Shown here: positions 26,602 through 41,126 of the stretch, piece by piece
Position numbering within the stretch: the first letter of the stretch is position 1
Layout of the letters: the number at the start of each line of letters is the position of its first letter
Assembly: GCA_951406725.2 (NCBI GenBank)
Contig: OX597814.1
Span: forward strand, 82,274,001 to 82,338,000
Source of the DNA: Octopus vulgaris
Lineage: Eukaryota
Direction: 5' to 3'
Length of the DNA stretch: 64,000 nucleotides
Translations under genes and position numbers: made by a program
The notes under the pieces: model-generated
What the model was told of the DNA's origin: nothing
The model's input: only the letters and a program-made list of their open reading frames with translations
Databases searched by the model: none

Positions 26602-28484
26602 AGTTGTCCCCATTTGTAACACCACAAAGAAGAATGGTAAATATATTTTTTTTAATAGTTTACGTAGTAAGCCTAGCTAATGAAAGCGAAATCAATTGAT
26701 ACTGGAATATCTATTCTCCTCTTTGTGTAACTTTTTCCTCAAATTTTTCTCCACAAGATCATGGATTCACAGCAATAATAGTGAAAAACTACATCAATAT
26801 AACCGATTTTCAGATTTTTTACTTCCTTTTAAAAAATGCAGATTCTATGAAACAATTTGACTAGATCCAAGAAACCAATAGAATCAGCACAAGGCTTTTA
26901 AAAAAGTCCTAGAGTTGATTTTTTTGCCTAAAACCCTTCTAGGTGGTGCTCCAGTATGGCCGCAGTCAAATGAATGAAACAAGTAAAAAATAAAAGATAA
27001 AAATTTATTATTATCAGACATTCAGAACTGCATTATCCAATAAGCTCCACTTGTTTCTTAAGAAAGTGGGACGTAATTTGAGGGAAAGATTCGTTGTTAT
27101 TTCTAGCAGATCGATTGACCATATTAAAGCAACATTGTTGACTTGTAATCAATGTTGTTGTTGTTGTTACTGCTACTGCCGTTGTTGTTTATGTTATTGT
27201 TGCGAGATTGCAGCCAGTGCTATCTTGAAGCGTGGGCACACTAGGCTGTTGCCCGGAGGCGGCGGGTGAGGAGGGAAGGCGTGTCACGGTTTTAGGGGCC
27301 CCAATTCTAATCTATGAATTCAGTGGGTTGCTGTCAAGAAAGAAATACTATAGGGTCCAGCATTGATTTTTTTTTTTTTTATCCCCTTGAGGGCTGAAAT
27401 GCTGCTAAAACGGCCCTGATTCCGGCCCTGGATTATCCTGTCATTTTAGGAGTTACCTAACATTGATCATTGATTTATGTGTGCTTCCTGTTATTTATTC
27501 GTGTGTTTGTTGTTCAAGACGATGCGATATGAGAACGAAATTTAGCCGTTATTTTTAGCAGGTCAAGCGACCACATACATTCGCAAGTCACCTCGCAAGC
27601 TCGTAATCACCGTTGCTGCTGCTGCCGAGTTTTGCTTTGTTTGTTGTTTTTTGATATTTTTTAACAATTTATTTGTATTTGTTCATTTATTTCGGGATGT
27701 TTGTTCGCTTCAAAATTTTGTTTCTACTTCAAAATATAAATAATTCAACCCTAATTACACCTGTTAGACATATAAGTACCGAAACGACACCTGTAATTAT
27801 CATGAAATAATTATCTCGTTTCAGGTTTACTTTTCAGCACACTGACTGTATGTAGTATTGTTTTTAAGTCGCCTGTCTTTTCCCCACCACCTTTCCCTCT
27901 CTCCCTCTCTCCCTCTCTTTCACACATACAAACACACTCCCTTTTTCTCTTTCTCTCTCTCACCCTCCAACTCCTCCTATAATACTCTATAATTTTATTA
28001 AATGCTTCGAACCTAACTAACCTAAAAGTCTACTTTTTAGTTCTTTTTTTAATTAGTGGATGTCTTTTTTTTTTCTGATTGTTATCTAATTATTTACACC
28101 CGTTTTTTTTTTTGTTATTTTTACTTTTACTTTTTATTTTACTTTTCATTTGCTCATTCCAACACTGACACCAAACACTTACCTGTCATTTTTCCTTTTT
28201 TTTTTTATTAAGAGGTCGGTGGTTTGGCAGAATCAGTAAAGGGCCTGACAAAATGCCATACGCTAATTTATTTGTGCGTATGTTTGATTCAAATCGTGCC
28301 GATGTAAAAGATTTCAAGCTACTCCCACTTCAAATTAACGTTTAGTAATCTAAGACTGATTTCACATAACGCGCACACACACACACACACACAACACACC
28401 CTGTGGTTAGCATGAACCAGGATTCATATTGTTGTTCTGTCTTGGGCCCTCAACTATCAATAGAATAATAGAAGCGCCGTCGTG

Positions 28485-28715
28485 ACTAAGTGTATTCCAG
28501 TTTTTTTGTATCTCTCGCAACTGTATGCCAGGTCTCGGGTCCCTGTTGATGATGTACCCGTCCTTTCCTTGATGTTGTTTGTCCATCTATTTCCTCTGTC
28601 CGCCTCTCCATCTCATCCCTTCCACGGTTCCTTGAAGTATGGTTTTTGAAAGACCATTGGATCTTGTTATATGACCATACCATTTCAACTTCCTTTTCTT
28701 CATCGTTACGAGATG
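28485..28715 (-). mobile_element. RTE-clade LINE 3' fragment
   Basis: Minus-strand frames give KLKWYGHITR..KTILQGTVEG..RWRGGQRK, typical of the RTE ORF C-terminus. Confidence 0.6.
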
Positions 28716-28729
28716 CTTGAAAATGAAAA

Positions 28730-29048
28730 CAAAGTCAATGCAAAGCTCTATGTTTAGTAAATGCACCGGCCCAATGAGGCAATCCAGCTGAAACTACCCG
28801 ACCAGCGATATGGCGTGCTTCTTCAACACGACAAAGCTCGGCCCCACGTCGCTAATTTGACCAAAAGTTCAATTCAAGAGTTTATTTGGGAAATTCTACC
28901 GTATCCACTGTTCACTCCTGATATAGTACCTTCAGACCATTGCTTTTTTCGGTCGCTCTGCAGCAGTCTGCGATAACGACATGGCCCGATGAATTTTTTG
29001 TGTTCAATACCTGGTGATTTCTACTGCCAAAGCATTGATCAGCTAGTG
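28730..29048 (+). mobile_element. mariner (DD34D) transposase fragment
   Basis: VLLQHDKARPHVA...WEILPYPLFTPDIVPSDHCFFRSL (degenerate HDNARPH / YSPDLAPSD motifs); cut by a hAT MITE. Confidence 0.75.
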
Positions 29049-29412
29049 GGGGTTCTCAACCATTTTTTATTTATGGACCCCTTTGATTACTATTGTATTC
29101 TGAATGTATTCTGGTACCCCCACCCCACCATTGCCATTCAATATTTAAAAACTAGTTTTATAGTAACTTCTTTCAAAATTCCTAATTTGTTTTTCACACA
29201 TTAACTTGTCTAGCTTGAACTATTGTGAAACGTTAGAGAAAGAGTCCTAGCTGTTTCTTGCAATGCATATCAATATATACATCTAAAGCAAATTTTTTTC
29301 AGGGGCCCTTAAAATACTACTGTGGATTCCCAATTTACTATTTGGTTGCGTGGACCCCTAAAATCTTATATGGACCCTCAGGAGCCATATGGACCCAAAT
29401 TGAGAACCACTG
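29049..29412. mobile_element. hAT-type MITE
   Basis: GGGGTTCTCAACC...TTGAGAACCACTG with imperfect 8-bp TSD AGCTAGTG/CGCTAATG; body homologous to 40095-40406. Confidence 0.65.
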
Positions 29413-30129
29413 CGCTAATGGCACATTGGCAAGAAATAGAAAAGAATGAAGGAGAATATATTATTGACTGATTCGTTAAAATTAATGAACATTAAAGATT
29501 AAAATAAATAAGTAAAAGAAAAGCAAACGATATGCGCGCATACACTCACACACACACACACACACACACATCTATCTTCTATACATACATACATACATAC
29601 GTACATACATACATACATACATACATACATACATACATACATACATACATACATACATACAGAACTTTAAATTTGTTGACAAATTTAGGATTAGTCTTAT
29701 AAATCGATTTATGGATGTTGCTGCATGGTAACCAAATACTTCTTTTGGTTTATGAAATAAATAAATATACAAATATGTGTTGATTGATGTAGACAAACGG
29801 TCGATATAACAGTACGGATTACCACTGTGTACCTGTCCCACATCCAGCTGCTGTCGGTAAAGTCATGGTAATGATCAGCTCCACGGGTTACTAAGTTAAA
29901 TTCCATTACAGGTGCTTCGCTGTTGCTACTGCTGTTGCCAAAAGTGATGTTACTGTTTAGCTCCAGGTGAGTTATGATCGACCAAGCCTATGATCATAGA
30001 TATTCCATGATGTTTTTCGCTTTTTCCTAGGTATCATGAGATTTATACTTAGAGAAATTATCTCTAAATACTGCTGCACAATTGACTGCTACAGACAACC
30101 AACAACAGTTTCTTTGAGATGTCAATGTA

Positions 30130-30455
30130 TCTGGCACTCCGTCGGTCACGACGACGAGGGTTCCAGTTGATCCGATCAATGGAACAACCTGCTTGTGAAA
30201 TCAACGTGCATGTGGCTGAGGACTCCACAGACACGTATATCCTTAGTGTAGTTCTCAGGGAGATTCAGCACGACACAGAGTGTGACAAAGCTAGTCCTTT
30301 AAAATACAGGTATTACTCATTTTTGCCAACTGAGTGAACTGGAGCAACGTGAAATAAAGTGTCTTGCTCAAAGACACAACGCGTCGCCGGTAATTGAACT
30401 TACAACCTTACGATCGTGACCCGAATACCCTAACCACTAAGCTACGCGCCTTCAC
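30130..30455 (-). mobile_element. tRNA-derived SINE, family 3
   Basis: Minus strand GGCGCGTAGCTTAGTGGTTAGGG...GTAAGTTCAATTACC (A/B boxes) followed by GTGTCTTTGAGCAAGACAC; related pieces at 35935-36110 and 58730-59000. Confidence 0.7.
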
Positions 30456-31934
30456 ATCAGTGTATCTACGACTCCATTATCCAACATGTCTTTACATTTA
30501 TTAAAGGGTTAGCAAATGATTTGACAGAAATTTAGTCGCTATTACTAGCCGGTCAAGCAACCATGAAGAAGTTTTCTCCGCTTAGTGTTTAAAGCTGTTG
30601 TATATGTACATATTTTGTAAATACTAAAAGAAAGCATTTTCGCGGAAGTTTATCCAAGAGCTCGATAGATTTTAATAAAGCATATCGACTGATATTGAGT
30701 TTAGAAGTATAATAGAAGGTAAAGGGAGTGATGCATGAAAATGTATCAAAGTATACATAGTGATTACAAATTTTGGCACAAGGTCAGCACTTTATGGGGA
30801 GAGAGTGAGTCGATTACACCGATCCCAGTGTTCTACTAGCACTTATTTTATCGATCCTGAAAGGATGAAAAGCAAAGTCGATTTCGGTCGAATTTGAACG
30901 CAGAACGTGAAGACGGACGAAGCGCCACTAATCATTTTACTCGGCATGCTAACGATTCTGCCAGTTCACCGCATTGTCAAAGTACACATATCAAATGCTG
31001 GAAGTTTCTTCTATTATTATTAATGCGTCATGAAAGACATTTAGCAGGTATACTAGCTAGGATTTCTTTTTCATCCAAATGGATTTTTAACCCAATATAT
31101 TAGTTTCAAATTTTGGCACAAGGCCGACAAGTGCGGAAGAGGGGATAAATCGATTACATCGATCCCCAGTTCTCAACTGGTACTTATTTTATCAACCACA
31201 GAAGGATGAAAGACTAAGTCAACCTCGACAGAATTTGAACTCAGGGCGTGAAGACAGACCAAATGCCGCTAAGCGTTTTGCATGGCATGCTAACTATTCT
31301 GCCAGCTCGCCGCTTTGTTTTAACCTCGACATGTATAAGACGCTATTATTCGGAGATTATTAATGCGTCATGAAAGACATTTAGCAGGTATACTAGCTAG
31401 GATTTCTTTTTCATCCAAATGGATTTTTAACCCAATATATTAGTTTCAAATTTTGGCACAAGGCCGACAAGTGCGGAAGAGGGGATAAATTCGACATGTA
31501 TAAGACGCTATTATTCGGAGTTGAATTTAACTCGAAATAAATTGTGAATGCAAAAAAATCTTACATATTTCTTGAAGCTTCTTTAAGGCGGTGAGCTGGC
31601 AGAATCGTTGGTACGCCGGGCAAAATGCTCGGAAAAGCCTTTGGGGTGTGTAAAACCATACAGAAAGTGACCGACATATATTTAAAACTGAAAAACATAG
31701 AGGAGCTTCTGTATTAATGGTATTTCGTAAATATATACTACATGTCAATTCGTTTACATTGTCGTTCATATAACTGCAGAATCTATATAAATTCAAAAAA
31801 AATAAATAACCACGTCTATGGAACACTTTGGTAAACTTTACAACAAATACATACATATATATATGTATGTATGATAGAAAAAGAGGAGTTGAAGAAAAAG
31901 AAACAGAGTTTACATCCTCTCAGTTTGAAAATCT

Positions 31935-32560
31935 GGCTGCAAACTCTGCAGTGCTCTTTACATTGGAGAACCAGGGCGACACCTTGGGGATCGCTTTCGC
32001 GAACACATCAGAAGAATAATGCTACGTATGCCAAGCCAACCTGTCGCCACCCACTTCAACACTGCGAATCAATCTATTGCAAATTTATCAGTATGTGGCA
32101 TGGCCTTACACCACGGACCTCACTTCGTCTCATATTTGATATTGGCACTATGTCACCGTCAGATCTGAATGAACGTTTTTCCATTCATCCTTTCACCTCC
32201 TCTTAATTCTTTTTTACCCTTTTTAATCCTCATTCCACCTTCTCTCTGCAACATACTCTGCTCTCTCTCCATCACTTTTTTTCCTCTTCCTTTCTGCACG
32301 TGCTCTCCTATAACTTCTGTTTCACATTAGCAGCCCGTGTTATTTTGCATCCATTATCAGTTGCAGTCAGCTTTTCAAGCTGAAAGGATGTAAACTCTAT
32401 TTCTCTTTCCTCAACTTCTCTTTTTATGTACTTGACGAAGGATTAAATCCGAAATGTTGGATATTCCACTCCTCACGGCAAGTTTACAGAACCCCTTTAC
32501 CTTTTTCTATATTTTTTCAAGTCTTGTCGACGCAGAGCTACACAAGATTCCTTGTAGTTT
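31935..32560 (+). mobile_element. Penelope-like element 3' end: GIY-YIG endonuclease remnant and 3' UTR
   Basis: CKLCSALYIGEPGRHLGDRFREHIRR and RLIFDIGTMSPSDLNERFS; hammerhead-like TTGACGA-A-GGAT-TAA-ATCC-GAAAT-GTT at 32432-32458. Confidence 0.75.
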
Positions 32561-32755
32561 GCCTATATATATCTGTGTATGTGTGTGTGTGTGTTTGTGT
32601 GTGTGTTTGTGTGTGTGTGTAAGAAAAAATAAGTTCAAGAGAGAACAATTCAAACTTTTTGAGAGGTCCAAAAAGAGAGAAAGAATGATTTCTAATAAAG
32701 ATTCATCATATTCATAAAAAAACACCCAGAACAAGTAATAATAATATGAAAATAG

Positions 32756-33302
32756 TAGTTGAAAAATATCGTTATAGGTATAAAAATACCATACACAATT
32801 ATAGAAAAATGGAGGAGAAAAAGATGTTGAATCAAAATTAGATTTAATACAAAATGGGATTCAATACATACGCGCGTTTCAAAGGACAATACAAATATGT
32901 AAGAAAAAAGCAAGTTTTAAAGGGGGGAAAAGCAGTAATAATAGTAAGAAAAACGAAAAAGAAAAAAGACAGACATATCATGACATTGCAAATATCCAAT
33001 TTTTCCCTATTACCCCACTTGTATTCTCCTTTATTGTATCTTATTATAATTTACTTTATTTTATTAAACCTTTTTGATTTTCTTACAAAAATTCTTCACA
33101 CTGATGAAAATAACAATGCATAAATTTAATTATAATTACTATGGTTATAATATTTTTCTTACATATTTGTATTGTCCTTTGGAACGCGCATATGTATTGA
33201 TTCCTATTTTGTATTAAATCTAGTTTTGATTCAACATCTTTTTCTCCTCCATTTTTCTATAATTGTTTATGGTATTTTATACCTATAACGATATTTTTCA
33301 AC

Positions 33303-33304
<2 letters not shown>
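32756..33304. repeat. Inverted repeat, ~150-bp arms (32756-32907 / 33153-33304), overlapping a hammerhead-like motif at 33097-33196
   Basis: TAGTTGAAAAATATCGTTATAGG...AAATATGTAAGAAAAA vs TTTTTCTTACATATTTG...CCTATAACGATATTTTTCAACTA; CTGATGA at 33101. Confidence 0.85.
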
Positions 33305-33336
<32 letters not shown>

Positions 33337-33369
33337 TGTATGTATGTATATGTATGTGCGTGTGCGCGC

Positions 33370-33407
<38 letters not shown>

Positions 33408-33484
33408 TATATATATATGTTATTTTCTTTTATATTATATTGTAATATACGTATATATTAATATATATACATATTATATCTGTA

Positions 33485-34070
33485 CAGTAATGCCTCGATA
33501 TACGAGTTGATTTGTTTCCAGAGGTTGCTCGTACAGCAAAAACTCGTAAAGCAGAGCAATAATTTCCCATAGTAGCAATGTTATAAATCGTAATTCGTTC
33601 CCAGAAAAAATATTTTACCTATAAAATTTATAATACTTGTAAATAAATGGCAATAAAACAACAGTAGAAGGTAAAGAATATTTTATCTAAAGTAAAAAGA
33701 ATGTCAAGATCATGTATAATAAAAAATATTATTATTATCATTTTCTGAATCACTTTCACTCTCACTAAACTCGCGCATACCTTCACTTTTAGGCGCGATC
33801 ACCGATTCACAAGCACTCGTAGACGTACTTGCAGATTTCTTTTAAAAAGCAAGTCTAGAATTGTTTGCTTAGAAGCTTATTTCTAGCTCTATAAATTTCT
33901 TGGTAACACGCAGCAGTATTTGTTATGGTAATAGAAATTTTTGCATTTCGTTCAAAATTTGGATCTTGTGCTTGAAAAATTTCAGCTCACCATTCAAAAG
34001 TGAGCTGAAAAATAAAACTCGTAAACCCGGGGTCTCGTAAAGCTGGTTCTCATAAAGTGAGGTATTTCTG
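33485..34070. mobile_element. Tigger/pogo-like MITE
   Basis: TA-CAGTAATGCCTCGATATACGAG ... CTCATAAAGTGAGGTATTTCTG-TA: TA TSD, TIRs and CTCGTA subterminal repeats. Confidence 0.65.
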
Positions 34071-34074
34071 TATC

Positions 34075-34106
<32 letters not shown>

Positions 34107-34521
34107 TGTATGTATGTATGTATGTATGTATGCATGCATGTATGTATGTATGTATGTATGGATGTATGTATGTATGTATGTATGTATGTACGTTATGTAT
34201 GTACGTATGTATGTATGTACACTTATACACATACGCGCTCTGCCGGCAAAACTTCGAAGTCACTGTCACCTTGTATTTTGTTTCAATAAAATATTTACAT
34301 TCAATACTGAATCGATTGTATGTTCTTGTTACTCTCACTCATGTATATTTACACACACCCATTATAAGTGAGTGTGTACGTATGTGTGTGTGCGCGCGTG
34401 TGCCTGTGTGTGTACGCGCATGCGCATGTGTGTGTGTGTGTCTGTGTGTCTGTGTGAATGTGTGTCAAGGAAAGAGAAAGTGTGTGTGTGTGTCTGTGTG
34501 AATGTGTGTCAAGGAAAGAGA

Positions 34522-34623
<102 letters not shown>

Positions 34624-34891
34624 ATTTTATCATTATTAATTAAGAAAATGATTATTTAATAAAAAATTAAATATTTAAATTAAATTAAGAAAATACGAAG
34701 TACGCCCTAATAATAATTTAATAATCTTGTATAATTTTGATTTATAAGCATCTTGTAAGGTACTCCTCCAGCTGTTTATGGCTGGCCAAGATCATTCTAC
34801 CCAGAGTGCAGCGGGATATCGACGTTTTGCTGGGGTTCAGTGTCTTGATTAGGCCGACCAAGGTGGGGGACTCCACTAAATGCAGCAGTAG

Positions 34892-34944
<53 letters not shown>

Positions 34945-34967
34945 ACGAACACACACACGCACGCACG

Positions 34968-35016
<49 letters not shown>

Positions 35017-35776
35017 CCACACACATATATTGTTTACTTTTTATTTATGTACTGGTTTCATTCATTGAACTGTGGCCATGCCATGTTCAAGATTCCCTTT
35101 AAAAGGACTTCAATTGTAGAGATCACTGCTTGTAACTCGATGGTGGTCTCCTTGGGCTGGCACATTACACCGGATGTACAGGATTTTGGCGTTCCTCTTA
35201 TCCCTTGACGTAAGGACAATGTTGTCCTCCAAGTGGGGCTACGGATTCTGAGGTTCCTGGCTCTCAACCTGAGTGACCTCTGTCTCACCCACAGCCGCTG
35301 TAGACTCCTCAAATGGATCTACAGTATTATCTTAAGGTCCATGAACTTGATATATGATAACGTACACTGCGATCGCTAGTAATGTGACAACGTCTATCTG
35401 TAATGTGACTGTATGTAATGTTTGTAATGTGAGAAAGTTTGTAATATGACAACGTCGTAAGTGAACACAACTAAAAACTGCAGAATTATATAATGCTGCT
35501 CAGCTAGCTACTGCTGCGTCGACCAGTCACGTCTTGTCACATGTACACGTAGTCAGCCAATAGCGTGCTTGACAGACTCTTCGAGACACGCCCACAACAG
35601 ACAGGAACAAATGTTTGAATTTTGTTAGCGGACTGAAAGTTAGCGGAACTAAATTTAGTGGAAGCTAATTGGTCCACTAACGGTTTCCAAAGTTAGCGAA
35701 AACGCTAATCCGTTAAATGAAAAGTTAGCTTCGCTAATTTGCTGTTAAAGGATTAGCGGAACAGTGCCCACCACTG

Positions 35777-35810
<34 letters not shown>

Positions 35811-35856
35811 TGTATGTATGTATGTATGTATGTATGTATGCATGCATGCATGCATC

Positions 35857-35893
<37 letters not shown>

Positions 35894-36469
35894 ATGCGTA
35901 TGCATGTATACACACACATATGTATGACGGTAGGAGACCTCCGTGATTCGACGATGAAGATTCTGTTGCTTGATCAACTGCATTACCTGCTCCTGAATTA
36001 GCGTGTGGTTCGGGAGTTGAATTTTCCACAGACACATGTACCATTAACGTAACTTTGATGCAGAATCAGCGTGATACAGTGTGTATGACAAAACTGTACA
36101 TTCTGAATAGCTGACATAATTCACCCGACGGGATTTTATACAAATTTTGTCTACTCTATATCACTCACGAGGTATAGGTTAACGCAGTTGGATCTCCCAC
36201 CACCATCACACACATATATATAGTCAATTCAAAAAACAGAGAAAGAAAAAAGAAAAAGAAAAAAACAAACAAATATGAGGACGTAGCACAAGTAATGTAT
36301 TAATATGACGCTCGGTGAAAGAAGAGAAGTTGTTGTTTTACGCTCAGTTATTTCGAGCATAGCTCTTTGTCGGAAACAGGAACAAACAGGAAAATCCAAA
36401 GAGAACAAGAAGGAAGGATGAGGAAATATCGCCAACAGTCAACGTGCGGTTACAGACACGAACACACAC

Positions 36470-37301
36470 ACACAATGATCACAGATAATAAAAAATCAAG
36501 ATGATGTTGCAAGCTTACAGCGGGACCTGAATTCAATATACAAGTGGGCCGAAATAAACAACAAGCAGTTTAATACTGGAAAATTTCAAGCACTGCACTA
36601 TCAACTCACGAATGCACTACAGCCTGCATATACAGGAGCCGATGACACTACAATCCTAGAGTCACAAGCACTGAAAGACTTGGGGATCAGTATGTGCAAT
36701 GACGCATCATTTTATATGCACATTACCAAGAGTCAGACAACTGTCCAAGAAAGGGTGAGATGAGGTTCACGAGACAAGCGACCAAGAACCCTGTTGAGAA
36801 CCTTTGTTCTCAGCTGCCTGGACTACTGTTCCCAGTTATGGTCACCACATTATGCCAAACTAACAGCAGAGCTAGAAGCAGACCAACGCCACTACACTAG
36901 AAAGACTGAAACAGTGCAGTAGATGAGCTATAAGGATAGGCCGAGAAAACTGCAACTTTACTCCCTGGAGTGAAAGCGCAAGAGATATGCAATAATATAT
37001 ACGTGGAAAACTCAAGAAGAGCTAGTACCTAATTTCGGCATTGAGGGTTATACAAATGCCAGAACTGGCGCCATTGTATTATACCAAAAGTACCATCCAC
37101 TCCATCTACATTCAGGACCAGGTACTGCAATAGTCTAGGTTCAAAGGCCCACAGCTCTCCAATGCCCAGCCACAAAAATTAAGAAATCTGCATAAAGTGG
37201 AAGTAGATGTCTTCAAAAAGGAACTAGACATCCTCCTCTCCACAATACCGGATGAACCAACAGCCCGACATGAGGTGCAGACGAAGGCAACAGAATCAAA
37301 C
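36470..37301 (+). mobile_element. CR1/L2-group LINE, degenerate RT C-terminal region
   Basis: LQRDLNSIYKWAEINNKQFNTGKF, KDLGI, LDYCSQLWSPH, QRHYTR, LQLYSLE, FKKELDILLSTIPDEP. Confidence 0.75.
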
Positions 37302-37403
37302 TTGATGCCATTAGACACTCTAAAATATTGTTAAAGCGTTTACAAATTGAAAATATAGAAGTCCGGACATCACTTATGGGATGCCCTGACATATATGTGT
37401 GTG

Positions 37404-37458
<55 letters not shown>

Positions 37459-37606
37459 GTTTCCACACAGTTTCCATTTTCAAGATTCACTTGCAAGACA
37501 ATAGTCAGCTGGGAGCTATAGCACACTAACCCAAGATTCCGTGAAATGGGACTGAACACCTGAAACCACGTATAGTATAGCGCTCAGGAAATATAAATAA
37601 AACAAG

Positions 37607-37644
37607 TCTTTAACGTTTCGAGCCTACGCTCTTCAACAGAAAGA
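37607..37644 (-). ncRNA. Minimal hammerhead-like motif, same family as 15047-15084
   Basis: Minus strand TCTTT-CTGTTGA-A-GAGC-GTAG-GCTC-GAAAC-GTT-AAAGA. Confidence 0.55.
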
Positions 37645-38286
37645 TACACAGAGAAAAAACACAGAAAGAAGGAGAGAAAAAATATGCGTGCAGAGGCTAG
37701 CGAATCAACATGGCGATCTGATTTCGGCCAGAAGTCAAAGATCAAACGTGAGACGCAAGAGCGAAATTAGGGGAGATAATAGGGTTGAATGACCTCGCTC
37801 CAACATAAGAGTGTGTGTGTGTGTATGAGAAGAGTGTGTGTGTGTGTGTGTATGAGAAGAGTGTGTGTGTGTGTATGAGAGAGTATTAGTGCGTATGAGA
37901 GGTCTGGACGTGTGTATGTATATATGATGTGATGTGTAAAGTCGTATGGTGTAGTGTAGAGAGAGGAGATGAGGGAAGAGGGGGGAGAAAGAAAGGGGAG
38001 AAGAGGAGGGGGAAGGGGAGAAGGAAGGAGAGGAGAAGAGGAGGGGAGAGGAGGAGGAAGGAGAGAGGGAGAGAGAGAGAGAAGGGGAGTGAGGGAGCAG
38101 AGAGAAAGAGGGAAGGGGAGAGGGAAGGGAAGACTTGTTTTATTTATATTTCCTGAGCGCTATACTAATACAATTGTTTGTTTGTATTCCACCTGCCTTC
38201 GTCTTTTGTTTATTTCCGTAAACCTGCCTTCGCGACTATTGTCTTGCAAGTGAATCTTGAAAATGGAAACTGTGTGGAAACCCTTC

Positions 38287-38671
<385 letters not shown>

Positions 38672-38675
<4 letters not shown>

Positions 38676-39470
38676 GTCCAATTGTATTTGATGACAAGCT
38701 TCTTTTGGCAGAACTTGAAAATGATAATGCAATTGAAAAAGATAATGCAGTTGAAGAATTGGCAAGCAGACTTCGTTTTATGCCGTGCAACTGTTCACCG
38801 CCATCTTCAACAGCTTGGAAAGATCCCCAAATTCGGAAAATAGGTGCTTCATAATTTGTCTGAAGCCAACTGCAAATCCCGAGTGGACATTTGCTCTTCT
38901 CTTCGTTCTCGTGAACTCATCTCACCCTTTTTGGACAGACTGGTGACCGGTGAGGAAAAATGGATCTTTTATCAAAATGTTAAGCGTCGTAGGCATTGGC
39001 TTGGTGAAGGGAAAAAGGCCCAACCACAACCGAAAAGGGAACTTCATGCGAAGAAGGTTCTCTCTGGTGAGATTCTAAAGGAGTCAACTAATCCAACAAT
39101 CAATACTCAGATCTACTGTCAGTAATTAGAGAGTTTGAACGCTGCTTTGAAGAACAAAGGCGTGTTTTAGTGAATCGAAAGGGAGTGGTGTTTCTTCAGG
39201 ACAATGCAAGATCCCGCACAGCAAAGATCATGTCACAGAAGATTGAGGAACTTGGCTGGGAGAAAATTACACATCCGCCTTATTCCCCTGACCTTGTTCC
39301 TTCAGATTACTATTTGTTCCGTAGTTTACAGAATCATTTGGATAGATTAACTCTCGAAATAACTGAGCAGTCGAAACTAATTATTCAGAGTTCTCTTCGT
39401 GTTTTGCTAATGGGATTAAAAAGCTTACGAATATATAGAAAGGTGTCATAGATAATCATGGAAAGATTTG
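38672..39470 (+). mobile_element. mariner (DD34D) transposase pseudogene body
   Basis: FLDRLVTGEEKWIFYQN, QDNARSRTAK, HPPYSPDLVPSDYYLFRSLQNHL; its 5' TIR lies inverted at 37310-37390. Confidence 0.85.
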
Positions 39471-40094
39471 ATCACTTGTTTTCCTTACTTAGAATTCAGA
39501 CATAATTTATGGTATGTATGCGTATACATACACGCACACACACTCACAAAGACACACAGACTCTCTCTTTTACTCTCGCGCATATGTGAACGTGTGTCTT
39601 TGTGTTTGTCCACTGGTTGATAACCGGTGTTGCATTGTTTTCGTTCCAGAAACATTGGCGGTTCGACAAAAACGAATGATAGAATATATACCAGATTTAA
39701 AAATACGTACTGGGGTTGAGAGTCGATTTATTCGACTAACTCTTTGAAGATGTTGCTCCTGCATGGCCGCAGTCCAAAGAGTGAAACATGTGAATGATAA
39801 AAGAATACACACATACACACACGCGCGCGTGCTCACACGCACACATATATATGTAAACATATGTAGTTAATAAATTCCTTTCCAACCACGTGGTTACAAG
39901 TTCGATCCCATGTAACAGAACCTTGGCCATCTACTATAGTCTCATAAATGGCAATTTGACAACCGGAAACCATGCAACAGAATCTGTTGCATGACCGTGC
40001 CTCTGTCTTTTATGTTGTGTTTGTCTGTGTCTCCTAACTTAACGGTTCAGTAAATAGAGAACAAAATAGTCGGGGTCGTTATGATCAACTAAAG

Positions 40095-40406
40095 TAGTAA
40101 TTCTCAACCATTTTTTACCTGTGAACCTCTTTGGTTATCATTTTATTCTGGTGAACCCCCATAACCATTCGACCTTTAAAAACTAGTTTTATAGAAACTT
40201 CTTTCAAAATTCCTATTTTGCTTTTCACACATTACCTTGTGTAGGTTGAACTACGTAAAACGTTAACGAAGCCTAGCTATCTCTAGCAATAGATACATCT
40301 AAAGCAAAAATTTTTCATGGACCTTAAGATAATACTGTAGATCCAATTTACGATTTTGCTTATGCGGACCCCCAGGGTTCATATGGACCCTGATTGAGAA
40401 CCACAG
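40095..40406. mobile_element. hAT-type MITE
   Basis: TAGTAATTCTCAACC...TTGAGAACCACAG; homologous to 29049-29412. Confidence 0.6.
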
Positions 40407-40641
40407 AAATAAACCATTCATTGGCAAACTTTTTTGATGAGCGCACTATTAAAAGAAATTCAAAGTAACTTTTCGTTAGATGCGCCATCTAGAAAGTTCC
40501 GCAAGTTGCATACGGCCATCGGGACCATAGTTTGCCCGTGACAAAACAAACCCTTTTAAAGGGAATCTTGAACATGGCATGGCCACAGTTCAATGAATGA
40601 AACCAGTACATAAATAAAAAGTAAACAATATATGTGTGTGG

Positions 40642-40690
<49 letters not shown>

Positions 40691-40713
40691 CGTGCGTGCG
40701 TGTGTGTGTTCGT

Positions 40714-40749
<36 letters not shown>

Positions 40750-41036
40750 GTGTGTGCGTGTGCGTGCGTGTGCGTGTGTATTTATGTTTTGGCGTGCTTC
40801 CTCAAACGCACTTAAGTTACTCAAAGCTATTTCGTTGGTGAATTTTGGAATGGAGAGCCAAATGTGAGTCCAAAACGATTAATGAGCATTTATTAGCACC
40901 AACACTGTCTTAGTGAGCCTAGAGGCAAATGGGTGCATTTCAATTGTGAATATATTTTACACACACGCTTACTGCGATACACAAATACAACACATGTAAA
41001 TTGTAAGATACTCGTACTTATACTTTCAATACAGAT

Positions 41037-41126
<90 letters not shown>

